This document shows positions 1-13,600 of a stretch of 64,000 bases of DNA, piece by piece. Numbering within the stretch: the stretch's first letter is position 1; each line of letters opens with the position of its first letter. The position numbers and the translations under genes are program-made. A model generated the notes under the pieces. The model worked only from the letters and a program-made list of their open reading frames with translations, was not told the origin of the DNA and searched no databases. The stretch lies in assembly GCA_977030845.1 (NCBI GenBank), contig OZ365112.1, positions 18,600,001-18,664,000 of the forward strand, written 5' to 3'. The stretch comes from Fimbriosthenelais zetlandica (taxonomy: Eukaryota).

Positions 1-2632
1 TGTTGGCCTGTACAGTTCTCAATGTTAATCAATCAAGGACGGTCTACATTCTACAGTACCTAGGGTTACACCTACCTACTCCAACACTGACTTTGTGATC
101 AGCACCTGACATCAGAGCCGGGGGTTCTAACCCCTTCCTGCTCTACAAGACTCATTTGTCTTGGTCTACTTCAGAGTGAGCGGTTCACATATCTTCAAAG
201 ACAGAAAATAGTGGCCTACAATTGCCTCTACCAAAAAAAGCCCAGATATATTCTGAATAGGAAAATCTACCAAGAAGAGGAACCTGATCATTACTTTGTT
301 GATTTAAGGAGGAAATGGGTCAAACTTTCACAAACTTTGATGTCAGATTGCAAAGGCATCTTGAATCACATTTTTCAAAGTAACAGAAATACAGTACTGA
401 TTTAGATCCAGCTTCATTTGTTAGGTTTCTACTTCTCACATAATGCATCCCTATATAAATATTCTTCAATTAAGAAGAGCTCAAGGGGTAATCAGAAACT
501 TGTACTTTGATTCTTTACTTCTTTTCCAAAGAAGCCCGAAACAAATGATGAAATAAAATAGATATTCTCCACCTGAGACAACGGATCTCATCGATCTTCC
601 AATAATATGGATTTCCCTCCCAAAGTGGGAAACCATTCATAGGAACTCGGGACCTTATCGGGTCAGCTCGCCTGGCCACGCTTGTTCATCACCATGGCAA
701 CTAGTGGAAGGTTCCTTCTGAGACCAGAACAACAAGTCAAAGTCATGATTAATGGCCATCTGGGAAAAGTGGGGAAGAGGTAATGTTTTTAAAGTAATGG
801 TTTAAGGTTATTGTTTTGAAGGCCAAATAATTTGACTATTAAAAATAAACAATGTATAGAAGCACTATGGGAATTACTTTCCCTCCTCAACTGCAGAAAT
901 TCTTCCCAGACATCACAAACGAGGAGAGAAGTCAAGTGCTGACCGGCATGACAGACAATAGGCAACTTAAGTCTATGGCTCAGTATTATCCCAGAACGAA
1001 TGTGCTTTTTGGTGGTGGAGGGAGGTCCCCGCAGAGTGATAAATCAATCAAATGACATGAGAGTAGAGCCCAGCTCTGAGGAGAGGGAGGTAGAGATTAA
1101 TTAGGATATTTGTGATATGTCACAGAAGTATATACCTGATTCTGTGTAATATATATTATATATAGAAGAGGAGGAACACTCAGGGAAATTAGCTATAGCC
1201 GGGTGATGGATGGAGTCTGTGATCTTCCACATAGATGCTGTCACGTGATCAATCACGGCGTCTGGTGAGCCTATACAGCTCTGGAGGAGGTAGAGGTGAA
1301 GTATATCTATGACAGGAGATAACTAAAGCCTGACACTCTAACATGTTTGCTGGCATTATACGGACGGTGGCTTAACACAAAGCCCAGTCTGTGTGACGTT
1401 ATCACAAATGACTACTAGAACACTAGAAAACCGGCTTAGATACCCTCATATGAATAATATACTTCCTTATAAAGTAGTTGGTGCGTGATGACTAAGTTCC
1501 AGGAGGTCTAAGCAAGTTGAGCTATGGGTGTAAGCTAGCAAAGTGACAAAGTAACCTTTGTTAAATCGTACAGTACATTGAGTTGGAATGCTTATTTGAG
1601 AACTAAGGGCCAGTCTATCTCTGGAAATAGACAATCAAATAAGTGTAGCAGTGCCTGGAGAAGCAGCATGTATAAGACAGACGAGATTTTAAGTTGTTCT
1701 TGTTAGGCGAGCAATTGAGCCAGAACACTCGAAGCCCTGGTCCACCAGCACTTGCTATCCGCCTATTAACAAGCCACACATATCCTTCTTCTCCAGACGC
1801 CAGCAGCTTCATGACCTCTGTCTCTATCGGCTTCTGCTGTAGATTTCCTACTGAATAATCCCACACACCTACACAGAATGAACTATTGAAAACTGTTTTT
1901 GTTGAGCAATCTTCTAGTTGAAGCAGCTCATAAGTATTACCCAGATTCTTAGCTGGGGGCTCCCTTAGCTAGTCTCTACAGAATGCCTTCAGTGCTACTT
2001 TATGTGAAATATTTACACTACTAGAGAGGTTCCTTTCTTATAAGAGGTCGCCTATTCACATGACTAAACATGCAAGCAGCTGTAGGCCGGGCTTAAAGGC
2101 TGTATAAACTGTCCATGTATCCAACGTTAATGCCCTGACCCTCACTTAAGCAGCACAAACATGAAATATAGATTTCCACCCATCAGGATAAGACCAATAT
2201 TGGACTCTAGTATTAATGGATCTTTCTCTTCCCCTTCAGCCTTGCCATTAAACCTGTCCTAACTCCTCCACTAATACCCTGCCGGTGTTCACAGACAGGC
2301 CTGCAGGGGTATAGTTTCATCTCCTCCCTCTTTTCCCCCATTTCTACCAGTTTTATTGACTGGAGGAGGGGCAAAGCACTTGTTCCTCAAGGCGAGACAA
2401 GACCAGTGATCCTCCATGCACAGCTGATGGCTGGGGTGCCTGCCACATACAACAATACAATATGGCCGGGATTAGTTGTATGCCACTGGTTTACTACATC
2501 ATACAACAAGTGGCTATCAGAGGAGGTGGCTGTAATATGATCCAGGCTTAAGACTGCACTACAACTAAAAGCAGGCCCGAGGACAGTACCATACCTACCC
2601 TCACTGACACTCATCAATGATATTACATGTGC

Positions 2633-2704
2633 TTCAAGTTGGTTCAGCTGTCAATAAGGTCATCTACTACATCGGGGGTCGGGGGTTCAAAGCCTTGTCT
2701 GGCC
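2633..2704 (+). pseudogene. Possible degenerate tRNA-derived (SINE-head-like) relic
   Basis: A-box-like TGGTTCAGCTG at 2640 and B-box-like GGTTCAAAGCC at 2684 are 44 nt apart (tRNA spacing), with CT-ACT-A at the anticodon-loop position. The acceptor stem does not pair, so it is not a functional tRNA. Confidence 0.3.
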
Positions 2705-4555
2705 CAGGGCAGAATAGTCCCCACTCACTGTATATGCAGCGGCTCATGAAAGTAGCTAATGCACAAAGGTCTGGAGCAGGGTAGAGATAGGCAAATGGCC
2801 CTTCCTCTAGAGACAAATAAAATTCAGGCGAAGGAGTTCCATAAGTTATGATATGTTAAGAGCAAGGGCATATACTTAACCATTCTGAGAACACAACAAT
2901 ATCTGCTCATGAAGAAGATAAGGATTTTATCTCCATGCTTTATGGTATCGACATCCACTGGATGTGATTGCAGAATGCAGACAAACTCCAGGATACTTTC
3001 CATACAGTGAGAGAAAGGACATTATGGTTCATTCCCCCAGGCGTTATGAGACATAAACTTTCTGCTCAGATCAGTGGTGATTATATATTGGCATAATACT
3101 GTCAGACATTGTCCAGGATGAATATGTTCCAACTCATAAAACCGCCACAACTTCTTTATGCTGCGTTATTATTTAGATAGAAAAGAGGCCAGTGCGACGA
3201 AGGTATGACATGTATTGCCTAATTTATATGCCTCTTCCTCTCCTTCACCCCCGACTCATATCCTGGAGTATGGAAAGCGTGATACAGACATAAATACAAG
3301 CCAGTTCCCCACAGCACATGTACACTTTAACGAGACGCTATCATCGGTCCTGAGGACCAACATTATTTGTCCATACAGCATAAATATCAAAACCCAAGAG
3401 ATACAATCTGAAGACGACAATGATATGATTTCTCCAAAATCTATTTATCCCTAATGGCCCCTATATCAAATGGATGAATCATATATCCAGCAGTTATTTA
3501 AGATGATGTAATGTGTATGCCCTTAAGGCATACCCATTACATAAGCGCCAAGAGCGGGGAATCAATAATCCCAGCATGTGTGAGCCAGGGGGGGGGGGGG
3601 GGAGAGGAATATAATATATATTACAGCCTCGGTCCTCATTGATGTGCTGTTAATCTCAGTTATACAGCCTATTAAACATGTTCCCACTGGGAGCACTAAG
3701 ACAAAAGCCAATCCACACCTCATCAAATTTTAAGTGACAAACCATTATATTCACATAGGTTATCAGACCTGAAGGCAGAGGTGCATGGCAGGAAGAGAGG
3801 AGAAGGCGCTCAGGAGATGTTCACTCAAGTGTCAAAGAGACCCAATGGGCCGTACTAACTTGGGTGTGAGGCTCTGGATAAGGCCTGTAAACTCCTAAAT
3901 TATACACCCTCACTACTTACTCACCCTCTGGCTTTTTCCTGCATTTCCATGCGTCCATAACGAGTTATAGCCATGGTTTCTCAGTTCCTGAATTCACGAC
4001 CATTCTTCAAAGGCACAGCTGCCATCTAGAAGACCATGATCAGAGACCCTATGCCACTATAGCATCCAATATACAAACGATTACAAAGGGTGACTATCAT
4101 TAAAAGAGTATTATGGTCCAATAACTTTCCCTTTAAATGAGCCTGTGCAAGACGTATCACTGTAGTATACTATCACTGCTTATCATTTCAACTGTGTAAA
4201 TTACAGTCATTAGGCAGAGTGTGATCAATAAATGGCACCCATGGTGATAAGTGTATTAGTCATAGAGATTCATACCAAGATAATCACCTATGACATTCAC
4301 TCAAATAACGTTGTATCAATGGACCGCAATACACAAGATAATTCATACATTCATCAAATCGGCAGGTAAATGATAAGTTTAGCACAAGATATTATTAGCA
4401 TCAATATCTTGACAGTCATTTTACTAAGCAGAACATTAGTTTCTCGGATGATCAGAATTAACAACGAGACTAATCTCGTTGGTGTAAAGGAAAATCATGA
4501 TAAAAGTTTTTCTATTGTTGATAAATTAGAAGAGATAGTTGAGGTGACTACTTAC

Positions 4556-4616
4556 AACAGGTAGGCACCAAGCGGGTGTCCGCGGTAGGCCGTCTCTGCT
4601 CCAACTCCCCATAATC
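4556..4616 (-). CDS. TMEM72: TMEM72-like transmembrane protein, coding exon 2 (GLWGVGAETAYRGHPLGAYL-L)
   Basis: Acceptor tttcctcttgtttcag and donor CTGTT|GTAAGT; 61 nt, phase 1 in and phase 2 out, in frame with exon 1. Resembles human [23 protein letters not shown]. No downstream exon found in 1-4555. Confidence 0.75.
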
Positions 4617-7600
4617 CTGAAACAAGAGGAAACAAATTAGTATTTCTTATGTTACCAAGCATCTGTAACATCTCCATAATACATGGCAACTTTGTATATA
4701 CTACACAAGGAATGTCCCTCATAAAAGGCCATGTTCCATATACTACACCAGAGTTTATTCTGACTAAAAATAATATTATATCATGAAAAGGCACCCCTGA
4801 AACCACTTAATACTGCATGTATGCACATCATGTATTGTTTTATTGAACTCTGCACTTCAAAAACACATCGTGCAGACATGCATATAGGTTCTGAACATTT
4901 TACATGATCCAAGTGGGTCGCAGCAGTCCATTTGGGCCATGAAAATTTATCAGGGCAAAGCTGGGCTGGGATAAAACATGCAAGTCAAGATCCCTGGGCC
5001 TTTCTGTGCTCGTTTGTTAAGCCTCAAGACTTAGTGTAGTACATAATTCATAGTGAGTACAACATCTCCCGTGCACAATATCAGATGCTTATTGGGTAAC
5101 CCAGTTTCCTAACTCTTGAGAAGCATGCATTTCCTTTTAATGCATATCACATGCCACACTATGAAAGGACTTTTGTCATAAATCTCACAACAATGACCTG
5201 CCCTAGAATCCACAAGAATTACAATGTCCCAACCTTTACCTAAACAATCTCAGTATGGAATGTTATTCCACAGCTGCAGTATGTGGGAGAGTCTTTGGTG
5301 ACGCCCGACTAATTAGAATCATAATTGAATCTATTTTGGGGAGATTGAGGCAGGCTTCACGTATCCATATTGAGAGAGGAGACAACTCCTCTCCAGACTT
5401 TAGTAGATGGCTTATTTCAACAGGTGGCAATGGGCATGACCAAACAATTAGAAAAAAGTTACTAATTTGCGACTCAGACAAGTCCATACATCCGTCTCAT
5501 ATGGGATTAAAATTATAAGACTACACTCTAGACCAGGCAAGGGCATGCCAACATTTCTATAGTTGATATTTTCAGTCACTTCCTCAGTCTTTCATGCCAT
5601 TGCCAATGCATATTAAATTATATTTTAAATATTTCACCTAGTGAATACTGTCTTGTCCGAAGCCTATTTCCCTTGGGTTCTAGTTGAGATTCACTGCACA
5701 AACCAATACTCATTAATGTATGAAGTCCGTCTAAGTCGGATATAGCAAATGTTTCCATTTGGGAAACATGGTTATCATTGGTCGTTAGCTGGCATGTTTA
5801 TTCTGTACTCCTGTGTTCAAATGTCAAGGGGGCATTGAAGGCATATTACCTCCCAGTGTACATCGTCAGCCAGCCGTCTTAAAAACTCGGACTTCACAAA
5901 TTGGATTCTCCCGGAGAAATTGCTTCCATAACTCACTTCCCATTCAGTTTGCTTCTGCATCTCTAAAAGTCATTCCATTCATAGGGATGCAGCAATAGCT
6001 ATTGTCTCTGTGTGGGGACCATAAAACTCCCCAATTTCTCTCAGAGTTTCCTTTCTAAGAGCAAAAAACCATCATTCTCTGATGGGGTTGATGTCCATAT
6101 TTTACCCGAATGGGAATAACGGTGCCATCGCTTGGGACTTTCCATTCAGAATGGGTCATGATAGACATACTTCGACAGGAACGCAACCTTTCCATTAACG
6201 ATTAAGATTCTCCAAGACCTCCAATAAAGACATAAATAGCACAAATCCGTTCTCGGGATAAAGGGCAAACATAAGTAAGATTCTGATCATTCACTGAGTT
6301 ATTACAGGATAGGGAGTGCTACTAAATTGGCTACATTTGCGTGGTTCTTGAATCTCTCGCAGCTACCGGGAATTCAGAGAGGACAAAATATGGAGGGGAC
6401 AAATGAAGGCTCAAAATGGTCGCACCGCTGATTGGTACAAATCGGCCTGGCTTAGAACCAGCTCTCTGCTTTATGGAATAAATGACTAGCCTCATATCTC
6501 ACAGCATTAATATTTCATATCCGTGCTGCAAACTGCTAAATCCCCAACCATGAATCCCCTCATAGTTAAGCCATATTTCACCAGAGGACGCATCTTAAAG
6601 TCTCAAAAGGGCAAATTGGGGCAATATTTTACACTAGAAAATACTTTCCAGTGACACAAGTGGCTTCTACCACCAGGGGTGATAGGTGACCTAAAGTGAG
6701 AGCTGTTCTGATTTTAAAAATATTATCGACCGTGCAACTGTTTGCCACTTCAAATACTAAACAGGGATGTTGGATGTTTTCCAGGAGAAGGGTGGGTCTC
6801 TGATCGCATCTATTGAGCAATATTGTCGTTGATGTAAAATGATGTCCTTCAGTACGACATTAACAGCTATAACTTCATGTTCTTTGGGGCAGTGATTGCA
6901 CTCAGTACACTGCATTTCTCGGTTGGAGGACAACATGGTTGTATGAGGGAATGTGTTGATGGGAAACTTGCAGTGACTTATATACAAACTGACAACATGT
7001 TGGTCTAAAACAGCATTAGCTGTGACACTCAACTAACATTCAGCCTGGTATAGTCCGTCTCTACATATGGACGTACAAGACCTGTCACAAGTGGTAGGCG
7101 AGATTGGACAGGACAAGGTTGTGCTTGTAGCATCTAGGGAAAAGTGATGTTATATATCCGTCGGGCCTTAAAAGGCATAAAACACCAGCATATTCTATAT
7201 TTCTCCATACACCCATCGTCGGTTATAAGCTATAGCGGACTTCCCAGCTTCCCCTACCTCTATGCCACTGTCCCAATCCTCCATTTCCCTCCAGAATTGA
7301 CTGGTGGCTATACAGCCTCCTCCAGAGTGGCTGCCCTCTACACTTCCCCTCTATCAGGGAAGAGGGAGACAGGTGTGAGGAGGTACTTTAGACGGATAAA
7401 GAGGAGGGGACGGAACTAAATTGGCCCCCAATGACCAGATAGTCAGAACCATTGACAGTCGATCAGCATCCTCATCTAGCATCCCAGGAAGGCGCATCTT
7501 CCAAACGCCAATCACTTGGCTTAACCTTAAGTCCTTCCCCAGGGTTAGGGTGGAGGGAGGTGGTATGGCTTATATGATGAACATGATGGCTATGGATGAA

Positions 7601-10600
7601 CCTGGGGGAGGGTGGGGGAGGATGAGGAGTATGGGAGATGATAAATGGTGGGGTAATAGATATGGAGATTCTTCCACAGCCTCTGAGTACACCACCAGCG
7701 TCCACAGTCAATCAGTATTCAGAAAGGAGAACATCTACAAGAGGGGCTCAGGGGTAGATGGCTGCTTGTTCCACTTGAGATGCCATACTCGAGGACATTC
7801 AAGACACTATAAGACATTATTCCCAACCCATTACATGCTCATAGCAAACGCTACAACATTCAACAAAAGAATCCTTCATATAGACTAAGTGCACATCATA
7901 ATTTGTGCAGCAAACTATAGTATCTCTTCTAATAAAGTTGGGAGAAAAACACAGCTTATAACTATACCTTCTGCCTGAGTAAATTTGTTCACATTAAGGC
8001 AAGCTTATTAATGCCACACAATTATAAAACGTTCAGCGACAGAAAGTGAAGTGGATCACTAAAGAAAAGGACATTCGATATTCTGCCCGGAACATAATTC
8101 TCCCCATCCTTAGTATGCATGCATCATCTTTACAAATTTGCATTAGAATGTAAAGATTAGTAACACTGAGAGTTTGAAACAACATGGATAAGGATGAGAC
8201 ATAAATGAGTACTGTTGGTTAGAATGGGGACAGAGATAAGCTGGCGCGCTCTGTGCGTGAGATGAAATCATGGTGCAATAAACAGCAGCCATAACTCAGC
8301 CCTGGATCTGAATATGGACCAACAGCTTATTCATGCCTGTGTTGTATTCAGTAACAGTGCGAGGACCAGCCGTGTTACTCACTCACATATAGCAGTACAA
8401 GGAGTAGTTTTCAACACTCTATAGATATACATACACTACAGAATCAAACCAATATTGATTTCCCAGGGCTCGTATTTAGAGCAGCATGGCAAGTTGCTCA
8501 TGGGGAATGGTGCTCTCCTTAATTGCTCTGGTACAATAGCTAGCCGGGATTAGGCTATAGAAAAGCTATTAAAATGCCTTCCCCCAGCCCTAAAGATCGT
8601 ACAAAATTTGTTTATCTGGGTCTACCTACAAATACAGTTCATTGAAATGCTGCTGCTAATAAGGGGCATTGATCCTCCACATGAGACACTGTATTCAGGT
8701 GCCTGAATGTGAGTGTAGTTGGGACATAGGATGCAAGTGTTTGCGGATCAATGTTTGGCAGTGAGAATTAGCCAGAGGGGTAGGGCAATAATCTGGCATC
8801 ATGTCAGTGGGCTACACAATGTGCTATTTAATGCCAAAGTCTCAAAATGCCAAGTTGCACCTCTCAAAAACCACTAGTTGTAATTGGTTGTTGGAAGTCG
8901 GCAATTGGTCTTTAGGCAGGTGAGACTGCAGTCATACACAGGCTGCCTAGAGGTACACACTTGCTTTTATAAAAGTTAGAAGGAAGCCAGGATCAATGGA
9001 CATGAAATAGATGGAATGGCAAGATGGCACCATTCCTCCTTACATGACATTGTGGGCAGACTACTGGCAGGACAGGCAGATCTTGGCGAGGGGAGAATGG
9101 ACCAGGAGTCTGGACTGAAGTCTTTGATCCTTCTCTCTCAATGTGTAAGGGTAAGGTCAACGAGGCTCATGGCTAAACAAATCAGACAGACAACTATTGA
9201 TTAGCAAGTTGTTAGCATTCGAGCCATGCACTCCTGACGGCAGCGAGTTAGAGGGCCGCGCCCCCACTGCCACACTAAGACTGCCACCTCGCGGGTGTGA
9301 TGGGGCATTAATGAATGGTGGGGGCAGGTTAGGTGGAGCTGGGCAAGTTGTTGGCACACTTACTGCCACTTAACTCCTGCTCCTTGACTGACACTTCAGA
9401 AACCAGGCCCCGAGCCCTGGTTAAAAGTCTTCTCCCAGACATGTCAAATTCAAGCATTAGTTTGACATACCCACCAGCCCCAAATAAGTATGTATACGGG
9501 ATAAAATAATCTTCCTTTTTCAGTTCAATACTGTCCTCATCAAAAAAACACTACCAAGAAGTAATCAATCTAATGACACGTGCATGTGGATGATGTTTCT
9601 TATATGTGACTTATAAGATTAACTTGCGACATGGAGAATGTACTCCTGCCATAAAGAGCACTAACTGGAGAAATAACCTCATGACAACCTTGTAATATGA
9701 CAGAAGCTGAGATCAGCCCTCATGAGGACAGACATGACCGTTCACATCAGATATCTGTGGTGACTGAGTGTCAGGTGGCTCTAGTTAGAATCCCACTGTG
9801 TACATGGGAGAGAAAAAACATCCCACAGTGGGAAATCACTGCCTGGAATAAGATCAACCTGGCCTGGGATCAAGTTATACTGCTCAGAGATCAGCTTGAA
9901 AATCAGGCTTCAAGTAGCAGGCAACGTCCACGAGAATCAGAGAAGGTATGCAACCTTAATAGGATCTGCTACACATAAGAAAACTCCGAGGTGAAACAGT
10001 AAAGGGAAACTACAACTTGCCAAACAACTACGTCTACTTTTATTTCTGCATTAAGCAAGTTGTTGTGAGAGAAGGTTTATGGAGTGCAGTGTAGCTGAGA
10101 CATGACTGACGCAGGCAGAAAAGCTTCAGGTGTATCCTACTGATCCGAGGATCATGTGACAGTTCTCATCCCCTCAACCTAGCTTGTCCGTCCCCTTATA
10201 ATTGATGAGGACTGAATATCACAAGAAACTGTTGATTTTAATATCCCCTAAAGATGTCACAAGCTGGATAAGTAGACAGCCTTGAGGCTAGGATTTGCAG
10301 AGAATTCTCCTGGGAGTGTAGTTCATGAGGGACCTGCTGTCTTAAATAGCCCAACTAGGGAGACACGTCCAAGCCCCGAGGGGCAAGGAGAGTAGAGTGG
10401 CAGTAATAGCAGGGCTTTTTGAATCTCTCTACTCTATATTATTTCTTTGTTTTTTTTCTAGTATAGCTTCTTTCTTTTCAGGCATTTTCTCTGTCTGTCG
10501 CTCCGTCAACTCAGTTCCAAGTGCAATGGCTATCTTGAGCCTCTGAAATCTATAAACTGGTCGACCAAGATGGCCACACAATGAGGTCCATTCCCAGGGG

Positions 10601-13600
10601 TCCATAGTAAGTCGATCTCAGAGAGATTTTAAGTCTAAACTATATTATTAGGTGGTCTTCAGACAGTTTTCATATGTAATCGTTTTTGGCACTAGTTCCA
10701 AGGGAATCAGGAAGAATTTGAGAGACATTTTGAGGGAGTCTCAGAGGAGATGTTATAGGTGTGTTATAATGTGAGACATGTGTGAGGTGAGGTGGATGGG
10801 TGGATATGCTGTCCTCACTAATGACTGATTCACCAGCACGTCTTGTCACACACAGGCAGCTGGCTGTAGACTGGTACAGGGCGGGATGTGAGAGGCGTCA
10901 GAAACGGGCATTTAATATTACATAGACTACAGCTACCCAAACTTTGTACGATGGCAGATTTGGAAGATTTAACTAAGTTTAACGACATCAGACAGAAGTT
11001 ACCAAATACATCCAGTCTAACTCCTAAGCTGACATTAAAGATTCATTGCTATTCTGGTTATATTGGTTGGAAATTCGATGAGGAACATATGAAACCAGCT
11101 CAGCAGCATTGATTGGTTATTAGTAGGCCTATATATTAACTTGAAAGAAATCAGGATCTTGGCATGAGAGAACTCGTTATCCTCTCAGTCGATGAAGTGA
11201 AGTGAGAGTTACGATAATCGCTGGCGATTCACCGCTCGTAAACATCCATACAAGATCCTTAACTTCCCTCATCAAGGTCTAACATCAATGTAACATCTCC
11301 ATCCCTGGCTCCTAATACTAGACTTTATAGTGGAAATACCAGAGAAAAGTTAGAAACATATAGGTGTCTGTAAAACTAAAAAGTTGTCAATTTAGGTACT
11401 AAAATAAATTCAAGTTACCACAATATAAGAGGTTACATTAAAGACTCCTCGATCAATCACATCTACTGCTCCTACGACAGACGAGGTGAGAGACCCTCCC
11501 CCACATGGGCGGAGAAGCTTAATCAAACAAGAAAGTGTAGCAAAGTAGATAGAAGAAACCAAGGATGTAAAATATTGCATTTGTACCCAACATGAGCAGT
11601 AGCTATTTCCAAAGTGACGCTTTTCACGAGCTGGAAAATGAGTCAGTGGAATGAAAGTAAAGAATATAATAACTCATAGCTGATATTAGTATATAGTTGG
11701 AAAGAAGGAATGTGGCAGTAGCATGCACAGAAGTGATCAAGCTGTGGATGGAAAAAGCTAGAAATGATGTTCTTCATATTACTGTCACTCCCAGAAAGAA
11801 AAGCCTTCTCTCATGAGGGACACCACTACCAATCTAATAAACTGTATTATGTGAGTTATTCTCAATACAGTCTGATCTAAGAGCAGCTCCTAGTGTCATG
11901 TTACCCGTCTTGGATTCTATTCAGAATTGAGGTTATCATGACCCAGGTTTATAGAACCAGACAGAACATTAGTGATCAAGAATACGCACCCGGGTGAACT
12001 TGTCAAGGTAAAAGAAGGCTGGAGGCAGACCTGGATCAGTAGGTTACACTAGGTGACCCCGGTATGAGGCAGCGAGGTGTGGTGAGGTCACATCATGCCG
12101 ACAAAGGATCATCAATAATGTAGGTAGCACAACCAATGCATGGTGCCAGCGGCTGACACGCACCTTCAATACAGACACCTCAAAACACTTAATATCATGG
12201 GCTATTTCAAAGGTGTATCCTTACCCAGACCCATTTACCATTAAACTATATACATATTATATGTACACTATCCAGAACATCAGCTCCCAAATTCCCACAT
12301 CAGTTGTAAATGTGGCACAGGGTTCAACAAAAAATGCTGTGATAAACGAGGGAGACTCCCACAGCTCAGTCCCCTACTCTGATGGAAGTCTGATGAACTG
12401 CATCAAGTGACTGTTGTGGCCCCGGCCTCAGCAATATGTTCGATTCAATGAACGACTAGTTTTATATCAGTGGGCATATCATACATCGCAAAATTCCTAT
12501 CCCATTGTGTATCACAACAATCCAGAAACTGATTGCCAAAAAGGACATCCATGGGCGAGATTATATGAAACTGCAAATGTGGAAAGTTCTGTGAAGCTAT
12601 TCTGCCAGGCTTACAGAACACACACATCATAGTCATGAATCTGGGTGAAGGTTATATTATCAATGGTCATATATTCAGATGTAAGTTGAAATGAGGTAGG
12701 CATGGAAACATAATAAAGTGTCAACGGCTCATAGGGAGGGCCAGAAAGGGCTATATGCCTGAGGAATATAAAGTGAGTGTTGGGGTGGGAATTGGCTGCC
12801 CTAAGTGACATTTAGCCGCCCTTGGATGCTGTTCAGCCATATATATCCAAGCCGAGTTTTATCATCATTGCTTTTTCGCATGATAGTCCCAATGTTACTA
12901 ACACTGTGTGTGTGTTTCAGTTTCATTGTTAGCATATTTCCCTCTGGTGCCAGCTCAGTGAAGTGCTTGTGGCCCCCAGTGCTATAGTTGATTGCATTTC
13001 TGAGTGTCTGGTGTGTCCAACTGATTCGCCTAAACAAATTACTTTGATAGATAGTGAAGCAACAAGAGTTGGAGGCTGGAAAGAGCAACTCTCCTTGAGG
13101 AGCTCATAGCAGCCTTGTTTGCCCAGCTTTCTGCTTGTACTTAAGATATAGGTAAATCCTCTTTATTTTCTCCCCTGCCCAAGCTACTAGAACAGGTAGG
13201 GGTGGTAGATTAGTGGGCAGTGGTTGAGACAGGGAAGATTACACCTACGACCAAGACATAATGTCCTCCACAAACCCATCTTCAACTTTATTGTGAATAT
13301 AATACGCCTGGCATTTGAAGTTCGATCTCAGGTGGATTTTTAAATCTCCTTATTACTCCACTGCTGTGGTTTGGTGAAAGTAGAAAAAAGATGCGAGCAG
13401 GCATGTCAGCAAATGAATGAGTGGGCGACAAGTTCTTTTTATCAAACAAGCCGGAAGCTCGACTTATTAATACAAAATGTTAATTTATCGGCAACACATG
13501 GTTGGTGAGGCGAAGCTGTAAATGTCAATAGATACCAGTTATGAGGCAGGCTCATTACAGAGTAGTTAATGGCAACATTTACAACTAACACTTATTAAAC

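Noticed and set aside
7066-7146. MDVQDLSQVVGEIGQDKVVLV peptide resembling the hAT DUF659 region
   Set aside because: Too short, bounded by stops, no other transposase motifs or TIRs nearby.
7421-7888. 155-aa + strand ORF
   Set aside because: Built on a purine/G-rich low-complexity tract, no recognisable domain, antisense within an intron.
1-9500. Endogenous virus or retrotransposon suggested by many short protein-like ORFs (e.g. YRGHP resembling the mononegaviral GHP motif)
   Set aside because: No RT, RdRp, integrase or capsid motifs, and frames are full of stops. The YRGHPLG peptide is explained as TMEM72-like exon 2.
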